The position numbers and the translations under genes are program-made. A DNA stretch of 61,373 bases, the filler included, from Choristocarpus tenellus KU-1152 (lineage: Eukaryota > Protista > Phaeophyceae): NCBI GenBank assembly GCA_964200185.2. It is 10 parts of 10 records of this genome, joined end to end, with 100 filler letters (N's around TTAATTAATTAA, not from the genome) between each part and the next. Parts side by side here need not be neighbours in the genome. Positions count along the whole stretch, not along the records: positions 40,435 to 54,297 come from CAXNAD020001342.1; positions 54,398 to 57,202 come from CAXNAD020024593.1; positions 57,303 to 61,373 come from CAXNAD020016379.1; 7 more parts are not named here. One strand, 5' to 3'. Each line of letters starts with the position of its first letter. The stretch's first letter is position 1. Positions 49,980 through 61,373 of the stretch are shown here, piece after piece. The notes under the pieces are model-generated. The model did no database searches. It was not told the origin of the DNA and worked only from the letters and a program-made list of their open reading frames with translations.

Positions 49980-50163
49980 GACCCAAAGTATCTGGGGGAG
50001 GGGTTAGGGTCTACACCAGGGTATCCATTTGAGGCAAGACCAAGAAAAGTGCACTTACATTATCCATCTGACGTATGTATGCAACCAAATCACCCAAAAA
50101 TGGTGACATGAAAAAATGGACCCCAAATGGACAGCTGCCACCCCCCCCCAGATAATTTGAGCC
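49980..50163. mobile_element. MITE family B (184 bp, opposite orientation), TSD TTCT
   Basis: Ends are GACCCAAAGTATCTGGGGG ... CCCCCAGATAATTTGAGCC, with TTCT on both sides. The interior is the reverse-complement homolog of 46392-46569. Confidence 0.9.
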
Positions 50164-50415
50164 TTCTTCTTCACACAAGGTATCGGTCCATATCATGTGT
50201 TGATTAGTATTTTTCTTGACTGGCATTGCCCCCTCATAAGACATTGATTTCACTCTGCACTACGTGTACCTGATACACACTGGGATGCAATATAATCACA
50301 GTTAAAACATCCTCAAAAACCCTTCTCAGCCAAGGTGACAAGCCTCTCCACAGAGCATGCATTTCTTCATTTGAGCGTCTCAATGAATGTCCACACTTTC
50401 ACATCAACCAATATC

Positions 50416-50904
50416 TGTTATAGCGCGACCCAGAACTCACCTCCACAGGATATGTAACTCAAATCCAACGACCTTAAAACGACGCTATGGGGACATTGTC
50501 CTTGGTAACAACAGTTTGTTGGATGTCAGGCAGCCTTTTCTCGATACTCCACTCAGTGCGTAGCTCAAATCTCGACTCAATGTTAAGTTCAAGATCAAAG
50601 ACAGTTTTAAAAGGGGTGATGGTTTTGACCAAAAGCCCTTTTATTATTTTCATCATCCACCCAATTTCTTTGGTCTTCTATGCAACTGCTGCATACGTGC
50701 TCCAATCATAAACCTTTATTCTGTAACTTCTTTGGAACTTTGACGTTTTCTTCTGTAATGTTACGTATGCCTTACGAATCTTACGCTGTATTATCTAGGG
50801 AATCAGCATTTATTCTGTACGGCTAACTATGTACTACTAATCTTGTATAGTGCTCACTCTTGCTATAACGCGAGAAGAAATGCTCGCGATATTCGCCTGT
50901 AACA
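50416..50904 (+). mobile_element. Probable solo LTR or LTR-like segment
   Basis: It starts TGTTA and ends AGAAGAAATGCTCGCGATATTCGCCTGTAACA. The same end motif occurs at 33-64, 58209-58223 and 59729-59742. There is no clean TSD. Confidence 0.45.
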
Positions 50905-51479
50905 CATCTGATTGAGCAAAACATGTCGTCAGATCTACCAGAACAAACTCACCGGTGCTTTGTTGCACTATGACATTCTTCGTCACAAGCTAGGTACAGC
51001 ACAACCAAGCACAACACATACGAGCTTAGGTTCAACAACAGGCGCTGTTTCTTAGTGGCAGTTTCATAGACGCCATTATGACCTTGAAGTCCTCGATTCT
51101 ACATATTTTTTGTTCTTTATTATTTAGTGTTTAATCATTATGAGGCTATACACTCAGAACGAGTGGTTGTTCAGTCCAATTTTCCCCCTTTGAAAACAAT
51201 GAAGTTAATAATATCGAAATGAGAGATCCAGTACATTTGACGATGTTTTCTTTATGGACCCCTCTACAACCTTCGTGTTCAGCCAGCCAGGCTTGTGGAT
51301 TGGGGCTTTTACACATTCCATCATGATAAGCTTGCAGAGCATTTTGTATCAATATATGGATCACAAGCTCATATAGGGATTGTCGTGCCTCTGTCCCTCT
51401 GTACCTACATGACACATTAGAGACAGTGTAAGGCATTGTCGATACAACATAGCAATGGTTCGGATAATTGAATTTCACT

Positions 51480-53940
51480 TACCATAAGCAGACTATCTGA
51501 TAATATGAGTACAAATTATTCTTCAAATTCCTCACGTGTGGTACAAGGATCTGATCCAATTGGAGGTATCGAGGCAACAGCACTGACAAACCCATCTCCC
51601 ATGAACTCATCCGCAAAGGCTGAAGCAATGTATCAACCTCGAATCTCGCAGAAAACTTTACTCCTTGAATGGAGGGATTAGCAATATACGCAACACATGA
51701 GCAATCATCGTGCCAAAGCAAGAGGGGATGACTCACAATCGGCCAGGACCAAAGATTTGACACCCCAAGGGTTCCAGTGAACAGGTGGACTGGAAATGAA
51801 GTTCCATAAAAGTCTCCATTGCTGAGCCATGAAGTACTTCAGACTTCACGACAATTACTGTTTCTGAGTGGGATAGGACTTTCTGATGATGAACAGGTGA
51901 GACTGGGACCAAGACAGTTGCATTAACGGACGCAACACTTGTACTCACAGTAGAACAACAGAATTGTGTGGATGACCAAAAGCTGCGACAGGTGGTGTAT
52001 CAAAAACGAAGGGGCCTGGGACAAGGATATACACGATATGTGGTCGCAATAAAGAACCCGTTGTACTTGAATGATAATTGCTAACTAATCCAATCCAGCA
52101 CTGCTCCCTATGCTGCCATAGCACTATATTATCCAGCAACAATTTATCCACACCAAGACTTGTATTCACAACAGCTTGTACAGTGATTGATGGGTATGGA
52201 ACTAATTTGAAGATTAACCTTCAACAGACATAGGACACGCCTCACCAGCCCCACGTAAGGCTAGGGGACCTGCAGAACTTCTATTCCATGTTTGCGTGTA
52301 AAGGTATCAACGGCAAATGACAGGAATATCAGTGGCAATGTCTCAATGGTGATGCCCAATATGGGGTCCTCGCGAACAAAACCAGGAACCCACACACATC
52401 TTATAAAGTTGTTGAGGACACAACCATAGACGTATAGTTTATGATGGCAGACGTATGCCGACAAAACGAGGGAAGGTAAATTACATACTACACTCTTCAC
52501 CAACAGATAGGACAGGTCAGCATCGGTGTTTGGACACCATCAGGATGCCCCCAACATAAGAGACCTGTATAAGAGTTTAATTGGGACATGTAAACTAGAC
52601 ACCCCCTATTAACTGCCAGGACCCAGGAACAACAGAGGGCACCCCTATATGTTCATAGTGATTATTCCTGTATGGTCTCCTCCAACCTGGAGGATCCAAT
52701 ATCGACTACAGAGAGTTGCCCATATGGGATTTTCCCTGTGAAACCTCCACCAACCTAGGGGAGCTGCTAAGAACTGAAGAGAACCACCCACGTGCGTTTT
52801 GTTCTTTATGGGGTCCACTCACGCGGTGAACTACACTATCTTTTGAGTGGGGGGGGTACAGGGATAAACAGGACATACGGTTTGAGTGTACTTCCCTCAA
52901 CGACAAACAGTGTATTATCTGGAAGGCTGGTGTGGTTCTGATCTCCTGGACAAGGGAATGGGCAACAATATGCAGATGAAGACAAATCAACAGAGAGAGG
53001 GACAGCAAACGAGGGGGACGTCTTGTCAACACCATTTCCAAATCGTGGATTCTGCTGTTCTTATTGTTCACGAGGGTCTTCATAGCCTCCACAACGGCAG
53101 GTTGAGTGATGTCTGTGTTGCCAGTGTGAAGCTTCCTGTCCACAGACGTGGTCAAGACAAAAACACGATCTTCTGAACGTAACTCTCAACGGATACTCTA
53201 GACAGAGATGAACTAGACAATTAGGGAGAGGATGGCGCAATTTGACCTGGTCTTCCTTCTTCTTGGATACCATTCTATACACTTGTTCTGTCTTATTCCG
53301 GTATACACGATTCATTCAACACTCAGAGTCCTGCTGTGCAATGCCAATATCAATGACTCAGATATCTGAATGTGGGTGGTGACAGCAGCCCCTGGATCAT
53401 GTTGACGAGGATAACGGTAAGGAGACAGTGTCTGGTGAAGAAGTGCCGATCTGCCCAGAGTGAACTGCTGGATAACCTCAATACAGTGTGTGCAAATCCC
53501 CAAGCAAGATGCGAGTGGACAACCCGAACAGGAATGGAACAAAACAGAGCCAGCCTAGGTGTGATGCTTGAGTTGGGAAAACCGACAAAATGACACGAAC
53601 AATGAGAATCACACGAGAAGATCTCGGACAGACCAGAGTCGCTACGGAGGGTCTCCAACAGAGCCGTTGTCATCCAGCAAAATCTCAAACAGAGTCAGCC
53701 CAAGCGTCACGCTTGAGATGGGAGAACTGAACAAGAGCTGGAGGCTTGTTGTATGGCCAGAGCAATTGAATGAACCAGATAACCCTCAGCAAACGGGTAA
53801 GACCATCAGTGATGAGACTCTCAACCTGATATGTTCGGCTGGAGGTGTCCCTCGAACTTGACAAAATGCCAAGACCCTGTGCAAGACTCTCGACCTGAGA
53901 GATGCTACTGAAGGTGTCCTTCATACCTGATCTCCACATA
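51480..53940 (-). pseudogene. Heavily decayed coding-like region, possibly a DIRS-type retroelement
   Basis: Fragmented minus-strand frames. HDDCSCVAYIANPSIQGVKFS loosely resembles the DIRS RNase H motif DN.T.VAYIN.QG. No YxDD motif was found. Confidence 0.22.
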
Positions 53941-54586
53941 AATTATACTCACATCATTCAGAATATCTTCCTAGTGAGTAGGGGTAACAATCTGACTTCG
54001 ATATTAATTTTTTGTTACTTTAAACACTATAATTTTTGCTAGTGTAACATATTGTCACGCTTGCAAACAATATCAATGCCATGTTTTTAGAGGCGTTATG
54101 AGCAATAGTGTCAATGGTACACTCACTTTAAAAAGAAGGTATAGAGGGATAAAGTCGTTTGTAGACATACATCTTAGGTGTCAATAAGTTTTAGCAAGTC
54201 GTGTACACCTATCAGATTGTATCAACTAGCGCATGGAAGGTCCTTCTGTTTCGACATGCACTAGGTTTGTGCTTGAGGCCCAAAGTATCTGGGGGGGNNN
54301 NNNNNNNNNNNNNNNNNNNNNNNNNNNNNNNNNNNNNNNNNTTAATTAATTAANNNNNNNNNNNNNNNNNNNNNNNNNNNNNNNNNNNNNNNNNNNNGTG
54401 TACAACACCCCCCCCCCCCCAGATACTTTCAGCCTCTAGAATGTCGTTGAGGATGTATGGATGGCAGTTTCCCACTCAGCGTGCACGAAGGAAGAGGTTG
54501 TATGCCGGTCCTTTAAATACACTGTTGTCGACAAGAGGTTGGCAATTACTGGGATAACATGGGAGGACAGCCGAAGGGTAAGTAGT

Positions 54587-54844
54587 GAGTGAAAGTATCT
54601 TAGAGGGTACGAGTTTTGCCCTGTTTGTCCATTTGGGGCTTGGCTTCCCATGTTTTTTTTTGTAACATTTTCCTACTCCAAAATGTTTCGGAGTAGGTAA
54701 AATTTATACATTATGAAAAGTGTGTCGGGAACTTGGATATTGACACTTCCTAACAAACACAATAGTCAAAATTACATCAAAATCGCCGAATTGGATTTTG
54801 GACCCCGAATGGACGAAGCTCTACCCTCTAAGATACTTTAGCTC
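54587..54844. mobile_element. MITE family A copy, TSD TAGT
   Basis: TAGT-GAGTGAAAGTATCTTAGAGGG ... CCCTCTAAGATACTTTAGCTC-TAGT. Confidence 0.93.
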
Positions 54845-55696
54845 TAGTTTGTCCACGTAGGGTTGGATGTGATACACATGTGATAAATGCACTCACCATG
54901 AAAATTACTAGTCGATCTTGACGTTGGTATGTCCCACAACCATAGTACAGCTGGGACTTCATCTACCTACATGAAATTTACAAATCACGACGTATATACA
55001 TAGAGTTGTTTAGTAGTGTACATATTAACAATTTATCTACGTGTATGTAACTTCTGTATGTATTTCAATAAATTATACAGAATCGTTATCAACATATTGA
55101 CTATTCTACATTGTGTATATATAGTTATCCTCTTAATACACATGTACTGAATATATATTATATACTTCGAAGTGCAAGGTTGATGTAGATGCTCATCAAG
55201 TTCAACCCTGCCAGGTACGTTACGAGATTAATCGGAGTTGTAAGGGATGGCTATATAACGGAGGGATGTAAGTATATAGACTAATGCATGTTGTCTGTGT
55301 GAGGAGTTTGGTTGTTATGGTAGTATAGGCGGAAGACATGTGGAGGGTTGGTACGGGTGTTGGTTAAAGAGGACGAAGGAAGAGTGGGCAGGGATGAGAG
55401 GCAAACAGGCTCTCCAAACATTTCAATTTGATAGTGGGGTAGTATGAGAAATATGCGTCCATTATCTACATGTGGTACGTAGATTACCACTCTAAGTGTC
55501 TGTGAGACAATCGGTCATTGATTAGATTGAGCTGGGAACCGAGAAGACTTGGGACTTACCACAATCATATATCAGTTCAGGTCTCGCCAGTTAGTCACAA
55601 TCAATCAATCGTTTGGGTCATAGTGCAAGTGCGCTCCCAGTGAGGGGTGAAGTCAGGAGAAAATTGAGTCCTCACCTGGTGATGGTGAGGGGCCTG

Positions 55697-55818
55697 GCGG
55701 AGGTGAAGATTCTTGAGACTATCTCCCTTTTTGCTTTACTTCCCTCGCAAACTGGACTGGAGGCGAAGATTCTTGAGGCTATCTCTCTTTTTTGCTTCAC
55801 TCCCATCGCAAACTGGAC
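55697..55818. repeat. Tandem duplication of about 59 bp
   Basis: GGAGG(T/C)GAAGATTCTTGAG.CTATCTC.CTTTTT...TCGCAAACTGGAC occurs twice. Confidence 0.85.
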
Positions 55819-56699
55819 CACATGTTTGTTATATGTTGGCAAGCTAAGGCGTAGTAAGTGTATTAATCAAATAATATAAAACACTCCAGATCGTACAGCG
55901 TAGTACGCATTATGATACATAGTGTATCATATGTATTCCCTCTCACCTGTGCCCTGGCTGTTGCTTCTAGCGTATACAGTGGTTATAATAGTAACAACAC
56001 AAGCATGCATCACCAAAAATGTCATATTTTCTTCTCCTGTAATTGGTTGCGTGTAAAGAATGATGATCATGTTTGTGCGAGAATGAAGAGAAGGATACAG
56101 AAGAAATATTTCGGAGAGATAACATCTTAGACTCCCTTTCCATAATGAGAACAAGAGAAAGATCACAAAGGTCTCTACAGCGAAACATGCATCAAATTAA
56201 AAGACCCTTTGTTTTGCAGTGTTGCAACTATTTTTTTCAAGTTTTAATTTGCAATCGACTATTTGTTATCGTCAACATGGCCACTCCAGGTGGTTGACTG
56301 AAAAAACTACAAAAAAGGGCAGCCCACATACGGGTTCTTCATCTCCATGTGGTTACAAAATCAGAAAAGAAACACAAAACATTTATACTTGGTTGACTCT
56401 CTGATGATGTCTAAGGGTGCAGCCGGAGCTGCAATCCTGAGCCTGAGCCTGAGCCTGAGCCACAAGAATCTGCCTATGGACCTAGAGCAGTCATCACAAC
56501 ACTTGTCCCTGAAGGGGGCACGCCCATCGATTGGCAGCCCCAAGATTCTTGCTTACGGAATGAGAAAAGCAATTGCTGTACCTGCCAATAGGGGAGCAGG
56601 ACATTAGCAGGAGCAGTAACTAAGCCTCCACCAGAAAGGAAAGGAGGAGCTAACCGTGGGGAGCCTGGGAGCACTCTAGTCGCTGGGACCATAAACTCA

Positions 56700-57202
56700 T
56701 GGAAGAGAACACAGAAGGTCAGCGGAGGAGGCGGCCAAGGTACAACTGGTCAACGTACGGACCATATTACAACAAGATCCCCTACCAGAGACGAGATCAG
56801 GACCAACAGAAGATGTTTAGACTGTGGACTGATCAAGCATATTGGTCCTTGTTCTTTTGAAGGAATATGCTATAACTGTGGAGGTAAAGAAAACCTTCAG
56901 ATTGTTTGTCGCCAGAGGAGAGCGACACCTTTTAGACAGGCGGAGGAATTAGCTGGACATACTTCAAAGGGGTCACGACTTGGTATGGAGACAATCGAGG
57001 TGCAATTCTAGCAGCGATAACCATCAGATAATTTCAATGGACGGACAAGGCATGTCACATAAAACTAGAATGCACCAGGGATTATGTCAGCAAAGGGTTG
57101 CCTGCACAAGACTTGTAAGTCTGGGGAATAAATAATATCTACTCCAGACCATCAAGAACCATCTCCATCCAACTAGAGGTAGGAGATCGCGGAGAGTCCG
57201 GG
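56700..57202 (+). mobile_element. Decayed LTR-retrotransposon gag remnant
   Basis: A degenerate zinc knuckle (FEGICYNCGGKENLQIVC) sits in an Arg/Gly-rich, stop-interrupted context. Confidence 0.4.
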
Positions 57203-57499
57203 NNNNNNNNNNNNNNNNNNNNNNNNNNNNNNNNNNNNNNNNNNNNTTAATTAATTAANNNNNNNNNNNNNNNNNNNNNNNNNNNNNNNNNNNNNNNNNN
57301 NNCAGAGGAGGAAAACCTGGAGGGAAAACCCCCTTCCAACGTTGGCCCTGACAACAGATATGTTAGCGCGACACTCGCACCTCACAGCACTCACTCTGCA
57401 TTTGACTCAACGTTCAAATGAAAGCCTCCTCCACCAGAGTCTCATATACACGTCAAAAGTAGGATACTGCCTAAAAAGACTCCACCCCTTCTAAGCTAA

Positions 57500-58130
57500 A
57501 CAAACACAAATACAGACACAAAACCATAGCAGCACTGAACTTGGGTATTGCCATGGACTCTCCCCTTTCAGAACTAGAACGCAGCAACAACAGGACACTA
57601 AGACCATGACTCACAGTCACAAAAGAGATTGGGTGTTGTCATGGAGAGGCTTACCCTTGCTAGGAACTATGAATACATACTAAGCAATTCAAACATCTTA
57701 AAATAAAAAATAGCAATAGAGAGCATCTCCGCAAGTCTCTCCCTCCTCACAAATATCAGCAAAAATAAATACAGGCACAAAATTACAATAGCACTGAAAT
57801 AGGGTACTGCCATCGACTGTCCCCCTTCACAACTATAAACAAAAACTATGGGACACCAAGATCATCTCTCACAGTCACAAACAAAAATAAGGTGCTGCCA
57901 TATAAAGGCTTACCCTACCTACGAACAAAGAACGTACAAGCAAAAAAAGACTCAGAAAAATAGGGAGTGTCATAGTAAGACTCTCCCCCCTCATAAATAT
58001 CAACACAAATGAATATGGATGCAAAATTACAATAGTACTGGAATAGGGTACTGCCATAAACGCTTCCCCCTTCAGAACTATAAACACAAACAATAGAAGA
58101 CAAGGATCATGTCTCAAATACAAACAAAAA
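57500..58130. repeat. Three degenerate tandem units of about 250 bp, just upstream of an LTR-like end at 58223
   Basis: AG(C/T)ACTG.A(A/C)T(A/T)GGGTA.TGCCAT....TCCCC.TTCA.AACTA recurs near 57531, 57790 and 58033. Confidence 0.85.
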
Positions 58131-58467
58131 TGTCCAAAAACGACATAAAATAGTAAATGTCATAACAAGGTTACTCACACTGGTTGGAATGCGAAAAGGC
58201 AGACATGATATTCGCCTGTAACATGCCCCCCAGCGTGAACTAGGAATACATGCTTCACGCTTACCACAGGCGATTATCACAGGTCAGGACAAAAAGTATC
58301 ATCCATCACCTCGAATCGTGCTGCGGCAGCATGTATTAATTGCCACATGGCGACATAGGGGTCCCAGTTCCGAATCTTTTCCCACTCTGCCAGTTGTTTC
58401 CAAGATAGGGACTCCAGTTCCGACTCTGTTCCGACTCTGCTAGCTGTTTCCAACAGGGGGACTCCAG

Positions 58468-58904
58468 TGTTGAAACACTAGTAAACCCCTGAGCTACCGA
58501 GCAGATAGTCAGCTATAGTACATCGCCAATGAAACAAACGCAGGTCATTGGAGCATGAGCTGACTATCTGCTCGGTAGCACAGGGGTTTACTAGTGTTTC
58601 AACAAACGCTACTCCCGGGGATCGCAAGTTTTTAGACTTGTTGAGGTTTCGCCTGAGGGTTGCTATCCCCTCTAATCAGTGACCAGCTTCGGCGGGGTAT
58701 TTACTAGGTAAGGTTGTGTATCCTGGCGGCGCGGGTTAGCCTTTTGACGGATGTGTATCTTGGCGTCGTGTTTAGCCTTTTGAAGGGTGTGACCTCGGCG
58801 AGATTCGGTCCCACGAGAGTAGCGTTTGTTGAAACACTAGTAAACCCCTGAGCTACCGAGCAGAGAGTCAGCTGACTCCCTGTTGTTGAAACACTAGTAA
58901 ACCC
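58468..58904. repeat. 47-bp repeat in alternating orientation (+, -, +, partial +)
   Basis: TGTTGAAACACTAGTAAACCCCTGAGCTACCGAGCAGATAGTCAGCT is at 58468-58514, inverted at 58558-58604, direct at 58827-58873, and its first 21 bp at 58884-58904. Confidence 0.95.
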
Positions 58905-59014
58905 ATGATTTCCAAGAATGGTCAACATATCTCCTCGTTTCTTTTGAGACTGTGGAAAGGGGTCGAGTTGTTGATGCATGGATGCGATGCATAAACGCGT
59001 TGAGCCGTCACGAC

Positions 59015-59742
59015 TGTTACACGAATTCTCGCGAAGCCTGACCCTGGGCTGGAGCCTCTCCAAATTACTGATCCCAGCGGAATCTGTGAAGTAAAAGAAA
59101 ACCGTGACACACGAAAAACAGATGGGGAATATGAGTGTACGAATGGCGAGGAAGAACTACCTAGGCAACGTCTATTCCGTGGTGGTCAGAAACCACTCGT
59201 TTACGACTATAGGTGGATGATGTGGCGGTCAGAGACCACTCGTTGTACAACTTATAGAAGGATGGTGGTTCTCTCGGAGCCACAGATGCTATCACATCCA
59301 CGGAGACGACGAGACCAAACAGAAGGAAGTCCCACAGACGACGAAGGTGATCCAGAACCATCCAAGGAGACCACCGGATCAGGTGAAAAAAAAAAGAAAT
59401 CCAGGCTATCGAAGGGAGCTACCAAGAATCCTAGGTGTTGAAGTGAATACTGAGTACTCTCTCCAGTTTGAAGAGAGGTGGAAGGAATTCCATGTTCAGC
59501 GCCCCCCAGAAGCTTACCTCCACAGGATGTATAACTCCAATCTACGGGCCTATAGATCATACTGATGCACGTATAGGACTCCTGATGCACAAGTCGTCAA
59601 GTATATGCTTGGATCTCTCACTTGGATTATCATCAATATCATCGTATAAAAAGGAAATGGTCTACGATATCTTATCACATCTAGAACTTCAATGTCATAA
59701 TGGTGTTTATGAAACCGCCATCAAGACATATCGCCTGTAACA
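59015..59742 (+). mobile_element. Probable solo LTR
   Basis: It has TGTTAC...GTAACA inverted termini, the shared TCGCCTGTAACA end, and an internal tandem pair of about 43 bp at 59179-59265. The flanks do not form a TSD. Confidence 0.45.
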
Positions 59743-59802
59743 ATAGCACTCAGGAAACGCCTAAGCAAAAATCTGGGTGTAGAATATCTTAGTAGTCGAC
59801 AG

Positions 59803-60845
59803 TTGCAGCAGGCCCTGGCTGTCTGGAAGCTGTGCGAGCTAGAGTGGCCTAAGGAAACAAGAAAGAAGGTGTTAGGGTTGGGGTACAAGGGCTCTGAAGT
59901 CCGAAAGAAGGTGAATGAAAGGATCTTAGAGGGTATGAGTTTTGTCCTTTTTGATCGTTTGGGGCTTGGGTTCCCACTTTTTATTATGACCTGTTTGACC
60001 TACTCCAAAATGTTTCGGAGAAGGTAAAATGTATGTTATGAAAATGTGTGTCCGAAACAAGGATATTGACAGTTCCTAACAAACACCATAGCCAGAATTA
60101 CATCAAAATCGCAACTTTGGATTTTGGTCCCCAAATCAGCACGGCTCTAGCCTCTAAGATACTTTGACTCAGGTCGAAAGGGCTCACAAGGCGGAGGAGA
60201 AAGCGATCGTAACAAAGGCAGCTGTGGAGACTTTTCGATACAACCAAATCCTTCACTTAGAAGAGGTCGCGAAGCAGGTGGAGGTAGTCATCGACAAGGA
60301 TGCAAGGAAAGAAGAGGAGGTGAGATCGAGACTATTTGCACACCGATGCTTTGGTGTCTCCCACTTCTTGCAATATGCCATACATTCACTTTTCTTCCTG
60401 GACTTGGGGTTGGACGTATAAAGTTGATTTAGTCTTTCTCTCAGCCTGCATTCATTTGAGAAATCAACACAATTTTCGATCAACTCAAGCCTGTCCTCCC
60501 TCGCCCTTGCGCCTTAGTGATAAAATATCACCTGCCCAGAAAACACGGATCATGCCCATTTCTGGTGCTCAACAAGGAAATGGGATAGTTAAGGCTCTAT
60601 CACTGCGAATCCTATACCTGTGTATGAACGACGGGAAAGACCGTCAAACGGCGCTCAAGATGGCAGCAGGATATGTGATGGCCATGTTGGAAACTGGGAT
60701 TAAATGGGAGACAGACTTCCTAACTAAGGGCCACATCAAGGTGTTGGAGCAAGGGCGCGATGAGAGGCGTTTCGTTCTGGGCCTCGACAAGGACATCCTT
60801 GCCGAGGTCAAAGAGTGGGTGCGCGAACATACAGGAAAAAATGGT
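59803..60845 (+). pseudogene. Probable DNA-transposon transposase N-terminal region, intron-containing and disrupted by a MITE
   Basis: KALSLRILYLCMNDGKDRQTALKMAA...IKWETDFLTKGHIKVLEQGR...LDKDILAEVKEWVREHTGKNG resembles the HTH-containing N-termini of eukaryotic DDE transposases. The frame is restored across the MITE. No catalytic domain was seen. Confidence 0.4.
59913..60170. mobile_element. MITE family A copy, TSD AGGT
   Basis: AGGT-GAATGAAAGGATCTTAGAGGG ... CCTCTAAGATACTTTGACTC-AGGT. Excision restores VRKKVERAH in one frame. Confidence 0.93.
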
Positions 60846-61149
60846 GGGGAGGCTTTTTCCCACTTAAACCCTATACTTTAATCAAGTAATAGTGCATCAT
60901 CTGTTGCCACTCTTAATGACCTACAATCCAGGCTTCGAACCCCAATATTACCCGTCCTTCTTCAAAAAAAGGAAAAAATGGCGAAAACAGAAACGAAGTC
61001 CGTACTCTGGAGGGCATTGTGATGGGCATCACGAGTAAGCTTTCATTGTTTAATTCCGATGTCTATATCAAAAGTTATGACGGGACAACCTCAGAGTATA
61101 CTCACCATTATAGTAGTGAAGTAACAAATAGATTAGTGTTTGTTTTTCA

Positions 61150-61260
61150 CATTTGTAACATATTTTATTTTTTTAGGGATTATACCCACATGTGAATAAT
61201 TTTCATTGGTTTTTCTCCTGACACATCTATAAAATCTCAGAGGGGGCATAATAATAAAAA
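61150..61260 (+). mobile_element. Hairpin-(ATA)n retroposon copy (diverged)
   Basis: TATTTTATTTTTTTAGGG...TTTTCATTGGTTTTTCTCCTGACACATCTATAAAATCTCAGAGGGGGCATAATAATAA matches the family. Confidence 0.78.
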
Positions 61261-61373
61261 TTTTGTATGTGTGGAAAGCATGTTTACCTGTTACTATACC
61301 GTTATTGACGTATGCCATATACTGTTATACCGTGCTACCGATTGAGGTTTCCCAGTCAAGAGTCCATGATTTC

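Noticed and set aside
58468-58904. CRISPR array reading of the 47-bp repeats
   Set aside because: The repeats alternate in orientation and the spacers are very unequal (43, about 220 and 10 bp).

Overview
This is eukaryotic, intron-rich, repeat-rich DNA. A photosynthetic stramenopile, most likely a brown alga, is inferred from GT/GC-AG introns, interstitial TTAGGG runs and an ASAFAP-like plastid presequence. The window is not one locus: it is ten short contigs joined by an artificial 100-bp linker (N44-TTAATTAATTAA-N44), so neighbourhoods across linkers mean nothing. Recognisable host gene pieces are an SPX-MFS/PHT5-type transporter (3' exons), a Mic1/RMC1-domain gene (last exon), RPL23A (first three exons), a USP48-like deubiquitinase (two exons), a probable Wee1-like kinase N-terminus, and a divergent pair that includes a plastid-targeted protein. 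Mobile DNA dominates: decayed Copia elements, a CRE-like non-LTR fragment, two MITE families sharing an AAAGTATCT terminal core and 4-bp TSDs, and a 5'-truncated hairpin-(ATA)n retroposon. The most unusual contig is 36255-40334. It holds a spliced gene for a ParB/Srx-fold (DGNHR) protein with a probable HTH, directly downstream of a 1.6-kb array of iterated motifs that contains a perfect 34-bp palindrome. Other oddities are an alternating-orientation 47-bp repeat cassette (58468-58904) and a structured, H/ACA-like element in an RPL23A intron. All identifications come from reading and translating by eye; no database searches were run.
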